A program made the translations under genes and the position numbers. From Octopus vulgaris (lineage: Eukaryota): 64,000 bases of DNA. The notes under the pieces are model-generated. The model saw nothing but the letters and a program-made list of their open reading frames with translations, did no database searches and was not told where the DNA came from. Below are positions 13,476-26,687 of this stretch, one piece after another (within the stretch, counting starts at the first letter, position 1; the number at the start of each line of letters is the position of its first letter). The stretch lies in assembly GCA_951406725.2 (NCBI GenBank), contig OX597818.1:92876001-92940000 (forward strand), in the 5' to 3' direction.

Positions 13476-13969
13476 GGTGCTACTTTGGCGTGTGATCTAC
13501 AAGAGAGATTACTTTAGGTTACTTTTTAGCTTATTTTTTAAATTTCTAAAAACCCGTAAGATGTTGGCTAAAGATTTTTTACAATGTGATCAGTGACGAG
13601 ATAAAGGCAGTTGCATTTGTACAAGAAACCAGAAAGCAGTTGCATTTTTTACAAAAATTAGTAGTATATTCACATCATTTCTTAAGAAAAAGAAACGTGC
13701 CACTTTGCTGTGTTCTACAATTTAAAGAGTGATTACTTTAGGTTACTTTTTAGTTTACCCTGTCCTAGTGCTACTTTCCGTGTGATCTGCGTGAGCAAAT
13801 TTACTTTGGTGGGTGATCTACGCGCTTATTTTAATTATTATATGGTTTTCTTCTTATTAAAATGGCAAGCATTTTGAAAAAATACATTTACAATGCTAAG
13901 TATGTACAACATAATTTAAAAAGTAACCTAAAGTAATCTCCCTTGTAGATCACACGTTAAAACAGCACC
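13476..13969. mobile_element. MITE with ~50-bp TIRs and 8-bp TSD (Merlin-like)
   Basis: TIR GGTGCT..GTGTGATCTACAAG.GAGATTACTTTAGGTTACTTTT at both ends; TSD CATAAAAC/CATGAAAC. Confidence 0.85.
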
Positions 13970-14945
13970 CATGAAACAAAACATACACATTTGTACATAT
14001 ACATACATACATACATACATACATACATACACACATACATACATACATACATACATACATACATACATACATACATACATACATACATACATACATACAT
14101 ACATACATACATGATGATGGTTGCCCCCTCGTTATCGAGTATGGCCATTGCACGAAGCTTAACTGCTGCTGGTGCTGTGATCGAATGTGACTTTTATTTG
14201 CTTTTTAAGGCTAAAGCCAGCCATTCAGTTGAGACTCACAGCACCATCAACAATCATGAACAATGTTGTTATCGTGCAATGCCTGTGCAAGAAGATTTTT
14301 TTAAAGTGAGGAGAGGCTGTGCACTGAGTCAATCCTACTCACTAAGCAACAACAGCCATAATCCGAAAAGAAGAACAAGTCAATATCATCGGTAACCACT
14401 GAGCCGCATGTTTTATGTCAGAGTTATCCCAGTTACCTGAGCTACCTTCTCCTAGAAAGATACCCTAACAAAGGCTAGGAGTCCTTCACTCCCAATGGTT
14501 TAACCGCGCGATCAGGTATTCAGTCTGATTATTTCTATGTCCCCACGCGTGATACAGCCTTAAGAAGAAGAAAAAAAACACATTTATTGGATGGCCGTTG
14601 ACTCTCAAAAGTTCCTCTGCCCTTTGACAGGTTTTGTTTTTCATCCCGCAGGGTGTCCAATAAACATGTAAGAGTTAGCACTTCCTTCTCTAAGCTTAGA
14701 TTCGAAATCGAATCCAAGAATCATTGATCATCTCTCTTTGACCTTATGTATTTATTTATACACACACACATCCACTACAAACACCCTCCTCAACAAGCAA
14801 GCTTAGTGGGGTTACCGGTTTAGTTGCCGACGGCCCGACCATGCAACAGGTTGTACTGGGTTACATGTTACCAGTAGCCCTCGAAAGTGACATGACATAC
14901 ATACATACATACATACATACATACATACATACATACATACATACA

Positions 14946-14979
<34 letters not shown>

Positions 14980-15281
14980 CATGCATGCATACATACATAT
15001 ATACATGCATGCATACATATATACATACAAAAATAAGCTGTTGATTTTACTGAAGTTCTAGTGAAAACTTGGATCTAGGTTAGAAACCGTTTTTTTCTCT
15101 ATCGGCAAGAAATCTGGAAATAAAACTGACTTGCGGTCATTGCTGTACTCTTTCGCCACAACTTTCACTCTTTCTTCTGTTGGCCTGCTCGCTTAGCCAG
15201 CGGGGTAGCCTCATTTGAAGGCCAAAACAATGCGAAGCGCATTGTTGTGACCAGCGATGTGTAGCAACACGCGATCGCCTG

Positions 15282-15336
<55 letters not shown>

Positions 15337-15410
15337 ACGGTGACGGTGACGGTGACGGTGACGGTGACGGTGATGGTGACGGTGACGGTGACGGTGACGG
15401 TGACGGTGAC
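15282..15410. repeat. (GGTGTC)n(GGTGAC)n hexamer tail of a SINE fragment
   Basis: The preceding 15180-15285 matches 43887-43990. Confidence 0.85.
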
Positions 15411-15424
15411 ATATAAAAGTTAGT

Positions 15425-15990
15425 AGGCAGAAACGTTAGCACTCCGGGCGAAATGCTTTGCGATATTTCGTCTGCCACTACGTTCTGAGTTCAAATTCCG
15501 CCGAGGTCGACTTTGCCTTTTATCCTTTCAGGGTCGATTAAATAAGTACCACTTACGCACTGGGGTCAATATAATCGACTTAATCCGTTTGTCTGTCCTT
15601 GTTTGTCCTCTCTGTGTTTAGCCCCTTGTGGGTAGTAAAGAAACAGATATTCGTTTAGTATGAGTTCAAATTCCGCTGAAGTCGTTTGCCTTTCATCCTT
15701 TCGTGGTCGATTAAATAAGTACCACTTACGCCCTGGGGTCAATATAATCGACTTAATCTCTTTGTCTGTCCTTGTTTGTCCCCTCTATGTTTAACCCCTT
15801 GTGGGTAGTAAAGAAACAGATATTCGTTTAGTATGAGTTCAAATTCCGCTGAAGTCGTTTGCCTTTCATCCTTTCGGGGTCGATTAAATAAGTACCAGTT
15901 ACGTACTGGGGATCGATGTAATCGACTTAATCCCTTTGTCTGTCCTTGTTTGTCCCCTCTATGTTTAGCCCCTTGTAGGCAGTAAAGAAA
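15425..15990 (+). mobile_element. SINE family A with three tandem body units
   Basis: One head followed by three GAGTTCAAATTCC..CCCTTGT.GG.AGTAAAGAAA units. Confidence 0.85.
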
Positions 15991-16078
15991 TATATTTCAT
16001 ATCCAGGCTTCTTTCTTGCTGCCCAACTTCATTCACTCGAATAATACTGATAACATTAAGTAACTAATAAACTAAGTT

Positions 16079-16111
<33 letters not shown>

Positions 16112-16782
16112 TTTATTTTATTTAGCAGTGTCATTGTAAAACGCGTTTTTTTTTTGTTTTTTTTTGTATCTGTGCCGAGTATGATAATACATGTATAATT
16201 ATGTACATTCCTACATACATACATATATACATACATACATACATACATACATACATACATACATACATACATACATACATACATACATACATACATACAT
16301 ACATACATACATACATACGTATATACATACATACATACATACGTATATACATACATACATACATACATACATACATACATACATACATACATACGTATAT
16401 ACATACATACATACATACATACATACATTCATACATACATATACATACGTACGTACGTACATACATACAAACGTACGTACGTGCGTGTGTGTTTGTGCGT
16501 GTGTGTTGCATTCGGATAATGTATAATGGATGTGAGAATAGAAACGGTAAAGTCTTGGATTAAATGGTTTTGCTTTATTTAGCTATGTTCCTTTGAGTCC
16601 TCCTAAGATTGATTCTACTTTATCATAATTGCATATAAAAAAAATCTTTTTTTTAATTTAAATTTAAGTTTCTCCCTTCACCTAAATTTTAATAATAATT
16701 TAATTCTTTAAATTTATTTTTATTTCTCAGTTTCATGCATTGAGTTTTTCTATCTTAATATTACTTTCTCTTTTTCTTTTAG

Positions 16783-16874
16783 TTAACTGGAATGGTTTAC
16801 CACTGGGACATAAAAATTTACTCAAATATCAGAAATTTCACGAAGAATTTGTGCGTGAACTGAACGAAGCATAA
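16783..16874 (+). CDS. Candidate 3' terminal coding exon of an upstream host gene (xNWNGLPLGHKNLLKYQKFHEEFVRELNEA*)
   Basis: Strong acceptor TTTCTCTTTTTCTTTTAG, non-repetitive open frame to TAA, several AATAAA at 16935-16977. Confidence 0.5.
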
Positions 16875-17027
16875 TTTACAATATCGAAAGAGAAAATAAT
16901 CATATCATTCAAGGAAGAAGAAATTTGAATATGAAATAAAAAGTTTTGCAATAATAAAAAAGTTTTGCAATAATAAATATAAATGGTTTTGCAACTTTTA
17001 CTATCCTTTCAAACGTGGTTCTCGCAC

Positions 17028-17033
17028 TCAGTT
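17028..17033 (+). promoter_or_regulatory. Candidate initiator (TCAGTT)
   Basis: Matches Inr TCAGTY ~110 nt upstream of ATG 17142, in a locally CpG-containing stretch. Confidence 0.3.
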
Positions 17034-17141
17034 ACGGTTGGTCAACGACGCCGTAAATATCGAGACTGCTACCATAACTCAAATTCTCCTACTATCAGCC
17101 ATTTCCACAGTAAACACGGAAAGTTAAGAAGGCGAACGAAA

Positions 17142-17268
17142 ATGTCGATAGCAAAAATTTTACTTATTTTATTGGTGTGTGGCATATTCTTGCCGTTTCT
17201 TTATATTTTCTTGCTCGCTCCGCCAACTATGAAACTAATAAAAGAAAGAGCTTTTAATATGCCTGCAC
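17142..17268 (+). CDS. Candidate first coding exon: signal-anchor/type II membrane protein N-terminus
   Basis: AAAATG start context, MSIAKILLILLVCGIFLPFLYIFLLAPPTMKLIKERAFNMPA, canonical donor C|GTAAGT, phase 1. Confidence 0.6.
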
Positions 17269-17561
17269 GTAAGTAAAAATCATTAATTTCTCCCAAATGT
17301 TTGTTTTTCGTTTTATGCAATATATATATATATATATATATACTTTTCTTTTAATATCATCCTCGCATTTGTTACATCTCCTTCCAAATTCTCTCCTCCT
17401 CCTCTTTAGTTATTTCATATTTCTTTCGGTATCTCTCACTTGAAATGTTTCAAAATATATTAAGTTAGGTTTTTGTTTTTTTTCAGTGATTTACTATGTA
17501 TAATTTTTGCCTCATTTCTGTAAACCTTTTTCGCTATTCTGTGTTTATGTAAATTCCCACC

Positions 17562-17641
<80 letters not shown>

Positions 17642-17642
17642 C

Positions 17643-17703
<61 letters not shown>

Positions 17704-18161
17704 GTGTAACATGTTCTTATAATGTCCCTCTCATCAGACACCCCTGTGACAAATAAAAGAAATAATTTTTTTATTGCGACACTTCTGATTCTTTACGATC
17801 AAAGTTCAAAGGCTGCTGAGATCGATTTTGCCTTTCGTGCTTTTGGGGCCTATAAAATAAATACCAGTTGAGCACTGGAGTCGATGTGAATTTTCTGGCC
17901 TTGGGTCTAAATAAGAATGGTACTGCTCTAAGTGTAGACTTGTGAGACGAAGGAAAAGGGTTGGAGAGGGCTCGTCCTTGGTATTCAGTGAGATCTTGGC
18001 TGGTGGGGTTCCTTGATTATCCCCTAGAGATCATTCTGTACAAGGAGGACTCATCACTATCTCTTGTGGCAAATAAAAGAAATCATCATCATCATCATCA
18101 TTATTATTATTATTATTACGGGATTTCAGGCCTTGTGCCTATAGTAGAAAGGATTATCATT

Positions 18162-18340
18162 ATTATTGTTATTGTTGTTGTTGTTATTATTATTATTATT
18201 ATCATTATTCCCTACGTTCTGAGTTCAAATTCCGCCAAGGTCGACTGTACCTTTCATCCTTTCGGGGTCGATGACACTGGGGTCGATGCAATCGACTGGT
18301 CCCCTCTACCAAAATTTCAAAGCCTTGTGCCTTCGGTAGA

Positions 18341-18388
<48 letters not shown>

Positions 18389-18393
18389 CATCA

Positions 18394-18434
<41 letters not shown>

Positions 18435-18987
18435 GACAGAATTCTGCTTTACGTACTGCATATAACCCTTCACAACCATTTCATTCTAAAGAATTTACAG
18501 AAAAGTTTTGCGAATTTGTAACAGACAGGCATTCATATAATTATGCACAATTAGAATAAAAAGGAAGTTGTTGCGTGATTTAATGATTAAATAGCTGTTA
18601 TTTTTAGCACATCTCATGACCACCTCACCTCATACTGTCTTCGATTGTTTATTAGTGTGCGGGTTGATGTTTTATAACTATTCAATATTTGGTAGATTGA
18701 GGTAAATTTCTACTGCGTCACCTGCTACACTTCAGTGTTGTGTTTTTTTTTTATAATGTTGGATGTGTACAAACTCTGCCTGGTACTGTATTGTGTTAGT
18801 TGTTTTCAACTCTTGAGATGTGGTTCAGTCTTTTGTATTCAGTGAGAGGGGACCAGTCGATTGCATCGACTCCAGTGTCATCGACCCCGAAAGGATGAAA
18901 GGTACAGTCGACCTTGGCGGAATTTGAACTCAGAACGTAGGGAATAATGATAATAATAATAATAACAACAACAACAATAACAATAAT
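18162..18987. repeat. Local inverted duplication of a SINE fragment plus flanking microsatellite (18162-18307/18845-18987)
   Basis: Near-identical reverse complements sharing a private internal deletion. Confidence 0.9.
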
Positions 18988-19319
18988 TGCTTGTATTGTG
19001 TTCCGTGTGTAATGCTTTATTTATTTGACTTCCCGGTAAAAGTTTATTTGACTTCCCGGTAAAAGTTTATTTCACTGGGTAAATGCTGTATAGAGTGTCT
19101 TGTATTTGTGGGTTGTTTTGTTTAGGTTGTATATGTTATTATTATTATTATCATTATTATTATAAAAAGATTGACTTAGCTCTTAACGAAGGTAAATGGA
19201 CAATACGAAGAGCGCGATGCGATTGCAATAGATATTTTATTGGTTTGATCTCAGTTTTTGTTGTAATTCCTTTAGTTTTGCATACGTAGAGGACTTGCTG
19301 CCTGCATCCTACGGTACCA

Positions 19320-19680
19320 TACTATCTGTTCTTTTCAACTATCTAATACTTTCCTGATTATAAATTCTGGCCGTGCCTACAGTTCTACTGGGCACTCTAT
19401 TCCGATTTCCTTTATATTCCTCTTGATGCTTTCTGACACTGGTCCAAAGGGCCCAACAATAATTGGCACTATCTTCACCTTCTTCATTTTTCATTTCGTA
19501 CTTAAGAGCATTGTATATATCTATTTTTTCGCCTTCCTTCTTGACTATTCGTGGGGAAAAGGGCCACGCAACACCAACTATATAGTACATGTGGTACATC
19601 TTGTCCACCGATCTGTTATGCTCTAGCACCTGATCTGTTTTGATTGGGAAATCCCATGCGTTTGTCTCTAAAAAGAGATG
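19320..19680 (-). mobile_element. RLE non-LTR 3' fragment (R4/Dong-like)
   Basis: WDFPIKTDQVLEHNR, decayed RLE motifs. Confidence 0.6.
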
Positions 19681-20012
19681 ACACTGTTTGGACTCTGACT
19701 CTGATCGCAACATAAAATAGCTGTTTCCTACTATATAACGAAAACTACTGCATTCCATTAAAAAATAAGGAAGCCGTGAGTGACAAAATTTTATACGAGA
19801 ATAAACTATGCTATTACACTCACTGTAAAATATTTCTTGGCGCTACTTTGAGATATTAATTCCATATGTTTGTTTTAATGTTGTTTCATACAAAATTATT
19901 ATAGTATTGCTTGGTGAATAGTACAAGAGGTGGATATGTATATATTCTGTGTTTGTATAAAGAGAGGGTCACAAGAAACAAATGACATCAAAATCTCTCC
20001 CACATAATAATG

Positions 20013-20078
<66 letters not shown>

Positions 20079-20308
20079 TATACAACCTAAACAAAACAAC
20101 CCACAACTACAGTTTTCAATGTATGTCGACAATGTACGGAAACGGGAAATTTTATATTCCGAGTGTTCAAGTGCTTTATGATGGCAGTTGATATAAAATG
20201 CCTAGTAAACTGTTTTACCTTACCTTACTAGTGATGTGGCATGGCCGTCCTGTGCGATAACCAAATTGGTCGCCCTCTTCTTTAAACAAAGCACACCTTC
20301 GTCTACAG

Positions 20309-20972
20309 CAGTGGTTCTCGACCGGGGTCTATATGGCCCTTGGGGGTCCATATAAGATTTTGTCGTTAAAATGTATCTACAATAAATTTGTTATACTTTT
20401 ATTTTTTATTTATTTATGTGCCCTTTTCAAGCCTAGCCAGGCTCATGGGCCCAGTTTCCCGGTTTCTATGGTGTATGTATTCTCTCCTGCTGGACGGGAC
20501 GCCAGTCCATCGCAGCGTTACTCAAGAAACAGGAAGAAAGAGTGAGAGAGAAAGTTGGGGCGCAAGAGTACAACAGGGGTCGCCACCACCCCCTGCCGGA
20601 GACTCGTGGAGCTTTAGGTGTTTTCACTCAATAAACACACACAACGCCCGGTCTGGGAATCGAAACCGCGATCCTCCGACCGCAAGTCAATTACGACAAG
20701 ATGCGCCTTCGTCAAAACAGTTGCTCCCGCAAAACAAATTAAATAAAATTTGGGATTTGTGGAGGGTCAAAGCTGGTAACAAAAACAGGGCAGCGAAAAC
20801 AAACATTAAGGACTGCAAAGTCAAAAGTTCGTATTCCATGTTTTCGTATTTCATATTTCATGCTGTTTACGTTTTATGACGTCCTGTACCCATATATGCA
20901 TATGTATGTACATATATTTGTAAGTATGTACATAGTACATATATGTATGTATATATACATATATATTTATAT

Positions 20973-21061
<89 letters not shown>

Positions 21062-21148
21062 GTTATATATTAATATAATTGGAATAGCTTCCCCTTAGAT
21101 AGCCACATAGACCATGGGGATCAATACTTACCAATTTTCCGACCACTG
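20309..21148. mobile_element. hAT MITE interrupted by a SINE and a TA-embedded repeat
   Basis: CAGTGGTTCTC start and GACCACTG end; left part similar to 47578-48270; SINE at ~20410-20685 (-). Confidence 0.55.
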
Positions 21149-21620
21149 CACTACACCAGTCATATGTATGTTATAAGGCCAACATCCTCGGTTCACGTAC
21201 CCCGCACTACATCATTGCACACCACTCGTATTAATGGAAAGACGAAAAGACAAAACAAAGTTTGTATCCATATAATTATTTTTCCTTCGCCATGATATTG
21301 GATCAGTTTAAGTTAGAATCCATCTAAATTTCATTAAACTTGTCTATTTCTGCTTTCAATTCCCATACGTTCCCTTAAGGAATAGGTGGTGATATTTCTA
21401 TTGACAAACATTGATCTGGTACTTTTGAATATTCCGTTTAAATTTGGTTTAATTTCAGCCAATTAAGCTATCATTAAGAAACAATAATTTTCTGGTTTTC
21501 GTAAAGGCAAAAAATTTGAATCGTGTTTTTACATTTCTAATTCAAACTCCTTAACATATCGAATGTGACTTCGTTCAGTATTATATTTATATTTCTGTGA
21601 ATTACAAACCTAATGGAACA

Positions 21621-21834
21621 TTCTTTTCTACTCTAGGCACAAGGCCCGAACTTTTGGGGGAGGGGGGCAGTCGATGAGATAGACCTCAGTATGCAACTAG
21701 TACTTAATTTATCAACCCCGAAAGGATGAAAGGCAAAGTCGACCTCGGCGGAATTTGAACTCAGAACGTAAAGACAGACGAAATACTGCTGAGCATTTTG
21801 CCCGGCGTGCTAACGTTTCTGCCATCTCGCCGCT
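21621..21834 (-). mobile_element. SINE family A
   Basis: Reverse complement of the family A sequence. Confidence 0.85.
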
Positions 21835-22317
21835 TTAAACCTAATAGAATATTATTATATGTCCGCCATTTGTCTCGGGCTGTGATAGAGTTAATAGCAT
21901 ATAATTTTAGAGAGTGCATTACCTACACGCAATTATTCGTTTTGTTATACATAGATCATCGTTCAACCACAAAACTATTATGTATGTTACTTACAATTAA
22001 AAAACTATGTCAGCTAAAAGTCACTGACAAAAAGGCAATCGAATCTATTAAATTACATTTATATCTCAAGGGTGAAAACAAATAGGCCTACTCCATTAAC
22101 TTTTTGAGTTCCAAAATTCGATAAAATAACGATCTACCCTGGGTTCAATTTTGCTACATTTCTACTCATTCTTCAAAATTAATGCTCTGTGCATTAAGAA
22201 CTCTTTCGTATGAGAGAATCGCGAGAACATGGGAAATAATGCTTTGCGATATTTGTTCAGGTTCTTTACATTCTGAATTCAAATCCCGCCGATTTGCTTT
22301 TCATCCCTGTAGTAATA

Positions 22318-22367
<50 letters not shown>

Positions 22368-22397
22368 GATAATAATGATAATGATAGTGATGATAAC

Positions 22398-22443
<46 letters not shown>

Positions 22444-22644
22444 TAATAATGATAATAATGGACATGAAGTAGATCAACTATAAGAAAACGTGACATGATT
22501 CCCTGGCTTTGCTTTTCATCCTTGTGAGAAATATAACACCAGTTTAGTTCGTGGGTCGATGGTATCGACTAACCCACCAAAACCACACACACACACACAC
22601 ACACACAAATTGCTGGCCTTGTGCCAAAAGTAGAGAGAATTATT

Positions 22645-24516
22645 ATTATTGTTTTACTTTTCAGAGTGCTCGGTCTTGTTTGTTCAGGTTGATTCTGTGA
22701 AAGCGGACAGTAGCCTGTCAGAGGTCTCACAGGGTCTCTTTCCGCACATTATAAGCTTTGATAGCTGGTTGTTAATTATCGTGGAAGACATTCAACATCC
22801 AGTTACCAATCTCAAAATCCTAGCTATCCCCAGCAGAGCAGCCTTTTGGGCTTCCTCTGCTCTCATGTCTATTCCAATTTTTCTGACATATTTCTAGAAC
22901 TTGATTGTTAGTGCTCTGGGTCCCCCTACAACTTCTAGCATGACACTCTCCTCATAGTCCACATTCTTGCAAGTTCATCTTTTAGTAATCTGTACTTTTC
23001 AATCTTTTCTAGTTCTTTCTCACTTTTCCGTGCATCCCACCTATCGCATTATCTATACTCTAGGTTTCTTGTTTTCCTTTATCTACCCCAACAATATCTG
23101 GTCTCCGAGCATCGATTAGGGAGTCACACTGGATTGTAAAATCCCACAGTATCTTATATTCCTTGTCTTTGGTGACTCCTCCTGCTTCATGTTCGTACTA
23201 TTTCCGTGCTCTGGTCAGGCCGTACTTTTCACATAGCATCCAGTGAACAAACTTAACCATTATCATGTCTCCTTTTGTAATACTTTTGGGCCAGCTTGCT
23301 GTACTCACTCACAGTGTGTGAGATCGTTTAATTTTTACCGCCACACATCCTATAAAGGGGCGACTCGCTGCTCTTAACTATTTAGAACTTGGTGTAATTA
23401 GTTCTCAGAGCTTGTTCCTGGGCGCTGCATATCAATGTCTCAACGCATCCTTTCAGATCATTTTTTCTTAGCCATCTCCACGTGTTATTCTCGTCTTTTC
23501 CTTCGGTTTCTCTGAGGTATTGTCCATGCAGTGATTTCATTTTCCATTTGTTTATCCTTTCTTCTTCATCTTGTTTCTTAAATGTTTGTGGGTGTATCAC
23601 ATTTTCGGTAGGTACTGTATTGCTAATTCTAACAGTAGCAAGCAAGGATTCACTCTGCTGTTTGATGTACCATCCCAAACAGCACAGATCTTGCATTCTA
23701 TGAGGCCTCTTCCTCCCTTGTCCCTAGGCACATACAGCGTGTCAGTATCGCTTTACGGGTGTAGTTTCTTGTTAATTACCATAACTTTTCCGCTTTTCCT
23801 GTGCATTTTCTCAAGTTCGTTCTTTGTCCACCTAACATCACCCGCGCCATATCGCATTAAGGAAACAACCCATGTATTCATTGCCCTAATCTTGTTTTTT
23901 CCATTGAGTCTACTTCCCATAATTAATTTGGTTCTTCTGAGATATACTCGTCCAAAGTTTTCCTTCATTTTGTTGTATTCCAAAATACCCAGATACTTCT
24001 ATCCATTAGTCTCCATATCCTTGATTTTCTCGCAGTTGTGTAGTTCTAAACCATCAGAGGACACTACTTTGCCTTTTTGCATTATAAGCATACCACACTT
24101 TTTAGTCTCAAATTCCATTCCCATATCCTTACTGTATATCCGCACTGTTGAATCCAGGCCATTTATTTCACGTTCGGTCTTCTCAAAGATCTTAAAGTCA
24201 TCCACATATAACAGATGATTAAATTTTCCTCCACTTTTCAAGGTGTACCCTGATGTCACTTTCTGTAGTGTATGTTTGAGGGGCATCATACAAATCACAA
24301 GCAGCAATAGTGATAGGCTATCTCCTTGAAATATGCCTTTCTTGATGTTAACACCCACCAAAAATTGTCCACATGAAGTTAACTCTGTATTCCAGTTTTT
24401 CCTTGATCTCATTAAAACTTGATGTTATCAGACACATGTACCAGCTCAAGACTTTCTAAAATTCAGGAACGGGGGATCATGTCACACGCTTTCTTATAGT
24501 TGATCCACGTCATGCC

Positions 24517-24517
<1 letters not shown>
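22645..24517 (-). mobile_element. R4/Dong-like RLE non-LTR retrotransposon, degenerate
   Basis: KGIFQGDSLS, HLLYVDDFK, SLHGQY, WLRKNDLKGCVETLICSAQEQALRT, RPDIV; bounded by (ATT)n. Confidence 0.88.
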
Positions 24518-24549
<32 letters not shown>

Positions 24550-24550
<1 letters not shown>

Positions 24551-25083
24551 GAGTGAGAGAGCAGTTCATGCCATCAAAGTGACACTGGGGGTAAAATATA
24601 CGAAGCCCAATATACCCATCATGACCACCCGTCTGATAAAGGTACACCAGGCACATGCATCACAACCATATGTGCGCGACACGGTGATCTCACATCAAGA
24701 CAAACAGCACATGACCTTGCAGGTGGGGCCCAGTTAGAATTTTCTTCAGGTTTCCCTGAATAAGGGTTGAATTTAAGGATGTTGAAAGAACCACCCATGT
24801 TTCCAGAGGTGAACTATTCAAACCCCAAAGAATCCCTCTCAACACATGGCTATGATGCTCCCCCACTACTTCTGCTCGTGATCGGAGATGCACATATCGT
24901 CAGCCACTAAGGGACATGCTCAACTGGTTAAGGTCAAACAACTGACAAGCAAATCTGTGGTATTGAGCAGAATATTTGCTGTAGCCCATCTTTTATACCA
25001 AGACAAAACAATGTACATGATAACACTTCCAATCAGTTAAGATCAGAAGCCATGAGAGCCACTGCCTGGTACTGCATCAGGGC

Positions 25084-25085
<2 letters not shown>
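24550..25085 (-). mobile_element. Non-coding element embedded in (TAA)n
   Basis: ~535-bp GC-richer block flanked on both sides by (ATT)n; no convincing ORF. Confidence 0.55.
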
Positions 25086-25161
<76 letters not shown>

Positions 25162-25165
<4 letters not shown>

Positions 25166-25955
25166 TAGTTTTATTTTTATAGCGTGCTTTCACTTCACTA
25201 CCGAGCGCAGCTCTGTGTGCCTTAGGTATGTGCTGTGATTTGTTGTGATGCTCTGATGGTTATTGTATGGAAAGTGTTCTGCGTAGGATGTGTGCAGTGC
25301 CTAGTAATGCAATTTTCTGTATGTTATATGTGTTTGTAAGTCCTGGTGTTTTTGTTATGTATTTGTCTGAATATTTTTTATCATGCCTAATGCACCTACT
25401 ATGATAGGAATTGTTTCTGTTTTTAGATTCCACATTCTGGTTACATCTATTTCCAGGTCTTTGTATTTTGAGAGTTTCTCCATTTCTTTTAGAGACACAT
25501 TGTCATCTGCCGGTATTGATACATCAATTAGAAAGCATTTTTTTTCTTCATGATCTCTGACAACTATATCTGGTCTGTTGGCCTTAATATCTCTATCTGT
25601 GTGTATCGGCATATCCCAGAGTATGGTTACTTTCTCGTTTTCTGTGACCTTTTCTGGTGTGTGCCTATACCATCTTTTTTCTGTTGTTATTTCATAATGT
25701 TGGCATAGCTTCCAATGTATGTAGGTTCCAACTCTGTCATGTCTGTGAATATATTCCTTCTTAGCCAGGACTGGGCAGCTAGAGATAATATGATTTATTG
25801 TTTTTGTCCATCTCCACATATTCTGCAGTTACTTGTTATATTTCTTTTCATTACATGTTTTTGGTAATTTATGGCGGGGAGGCTTTGGTCTTGTGCTGCA
25901 ATTAAAAATCCCTCTGTCTCTGCTTTGAGTCCTGAGCTTCTCAACCATTGCTGCT
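25162..25955 (-). mobile_element. R4/Dong-like 3' fragment (zinc knuckle plus RLE)
   Basis: HIISSCP..EYIHRHD, ILWDMPIHTD..ANRPDIVV..LIDVSIP..EKLSKY; 3' end runs into (TAA)n. Confidence 0.9.
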
Positions 25956-25995
25956 TTTATGGGTGTATGTGGTACAAAGAACGTGTTTAGCTAAC

Positions 25996-26081
<86 letters not shown>

Positions 26082-26161
26082 ACATTTGGTAGTTTCAGGT
26101 GACTTTCTATTGCATGACTTGCTATACTTGCATGTTGCAAGGGTGTGTGAGGCATTGTGCA

Positions 26162-26687
26162 AAATCATGAAAACAGGCCTTAACACCAAATGCAGAATAT
26201 GTAACCAGCACAATGAGACGGTTGATCATGTCATCTCTTGCTGTCAAGTCCTTGGAAAATCTAAATATATATACAAACACGACCGAGTAAGTAATTATAT
26301 CCACTGGACAGTGTGCCTATACTACAACATAAAAACTGGCAATAAAGTGTATAAATATGTGCCAAATAAGGTACAAGACAACGATCGAACTACGATCATC
26401 TGGGATATGCCTGTTCAAGCCAACAAAGAAATAAAAGATAATCCTCCAGACATAATAATCAAAGATTGGAAAAGAAAAAGGTAAAAAAGCACCTGCTTAC
26501 TGATAGACATTGCAGTCTCTTTTGACCAAAATATTGTCCAAAAATAAGTGGAAGACCTCGAAATTGAAACATTCAAGATGTGGGGCACGAAGGTGAAAAC
26601 AATACCAGTAATAATTAGAGCATTGGACATGATAAAAAAAACATGAACAAAAACATGGAGCTATATCTGGATCCTGAACACTACACA
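26162..26687 (+). mobile_element. R4/Dong-like RLE fragment, inverted relative to its RT part at 28181-29470
   Basis: CRICNQHNETVDHVISCC, KHDRV, IIWDMPV, PDIII. Confidence 0.8.

Noticed and set aside
17961-18521. 186-aa ORF with hydrophobic poly-Ile
   Set aside because: Composed of (ATT)n tracts and a SINE fragment
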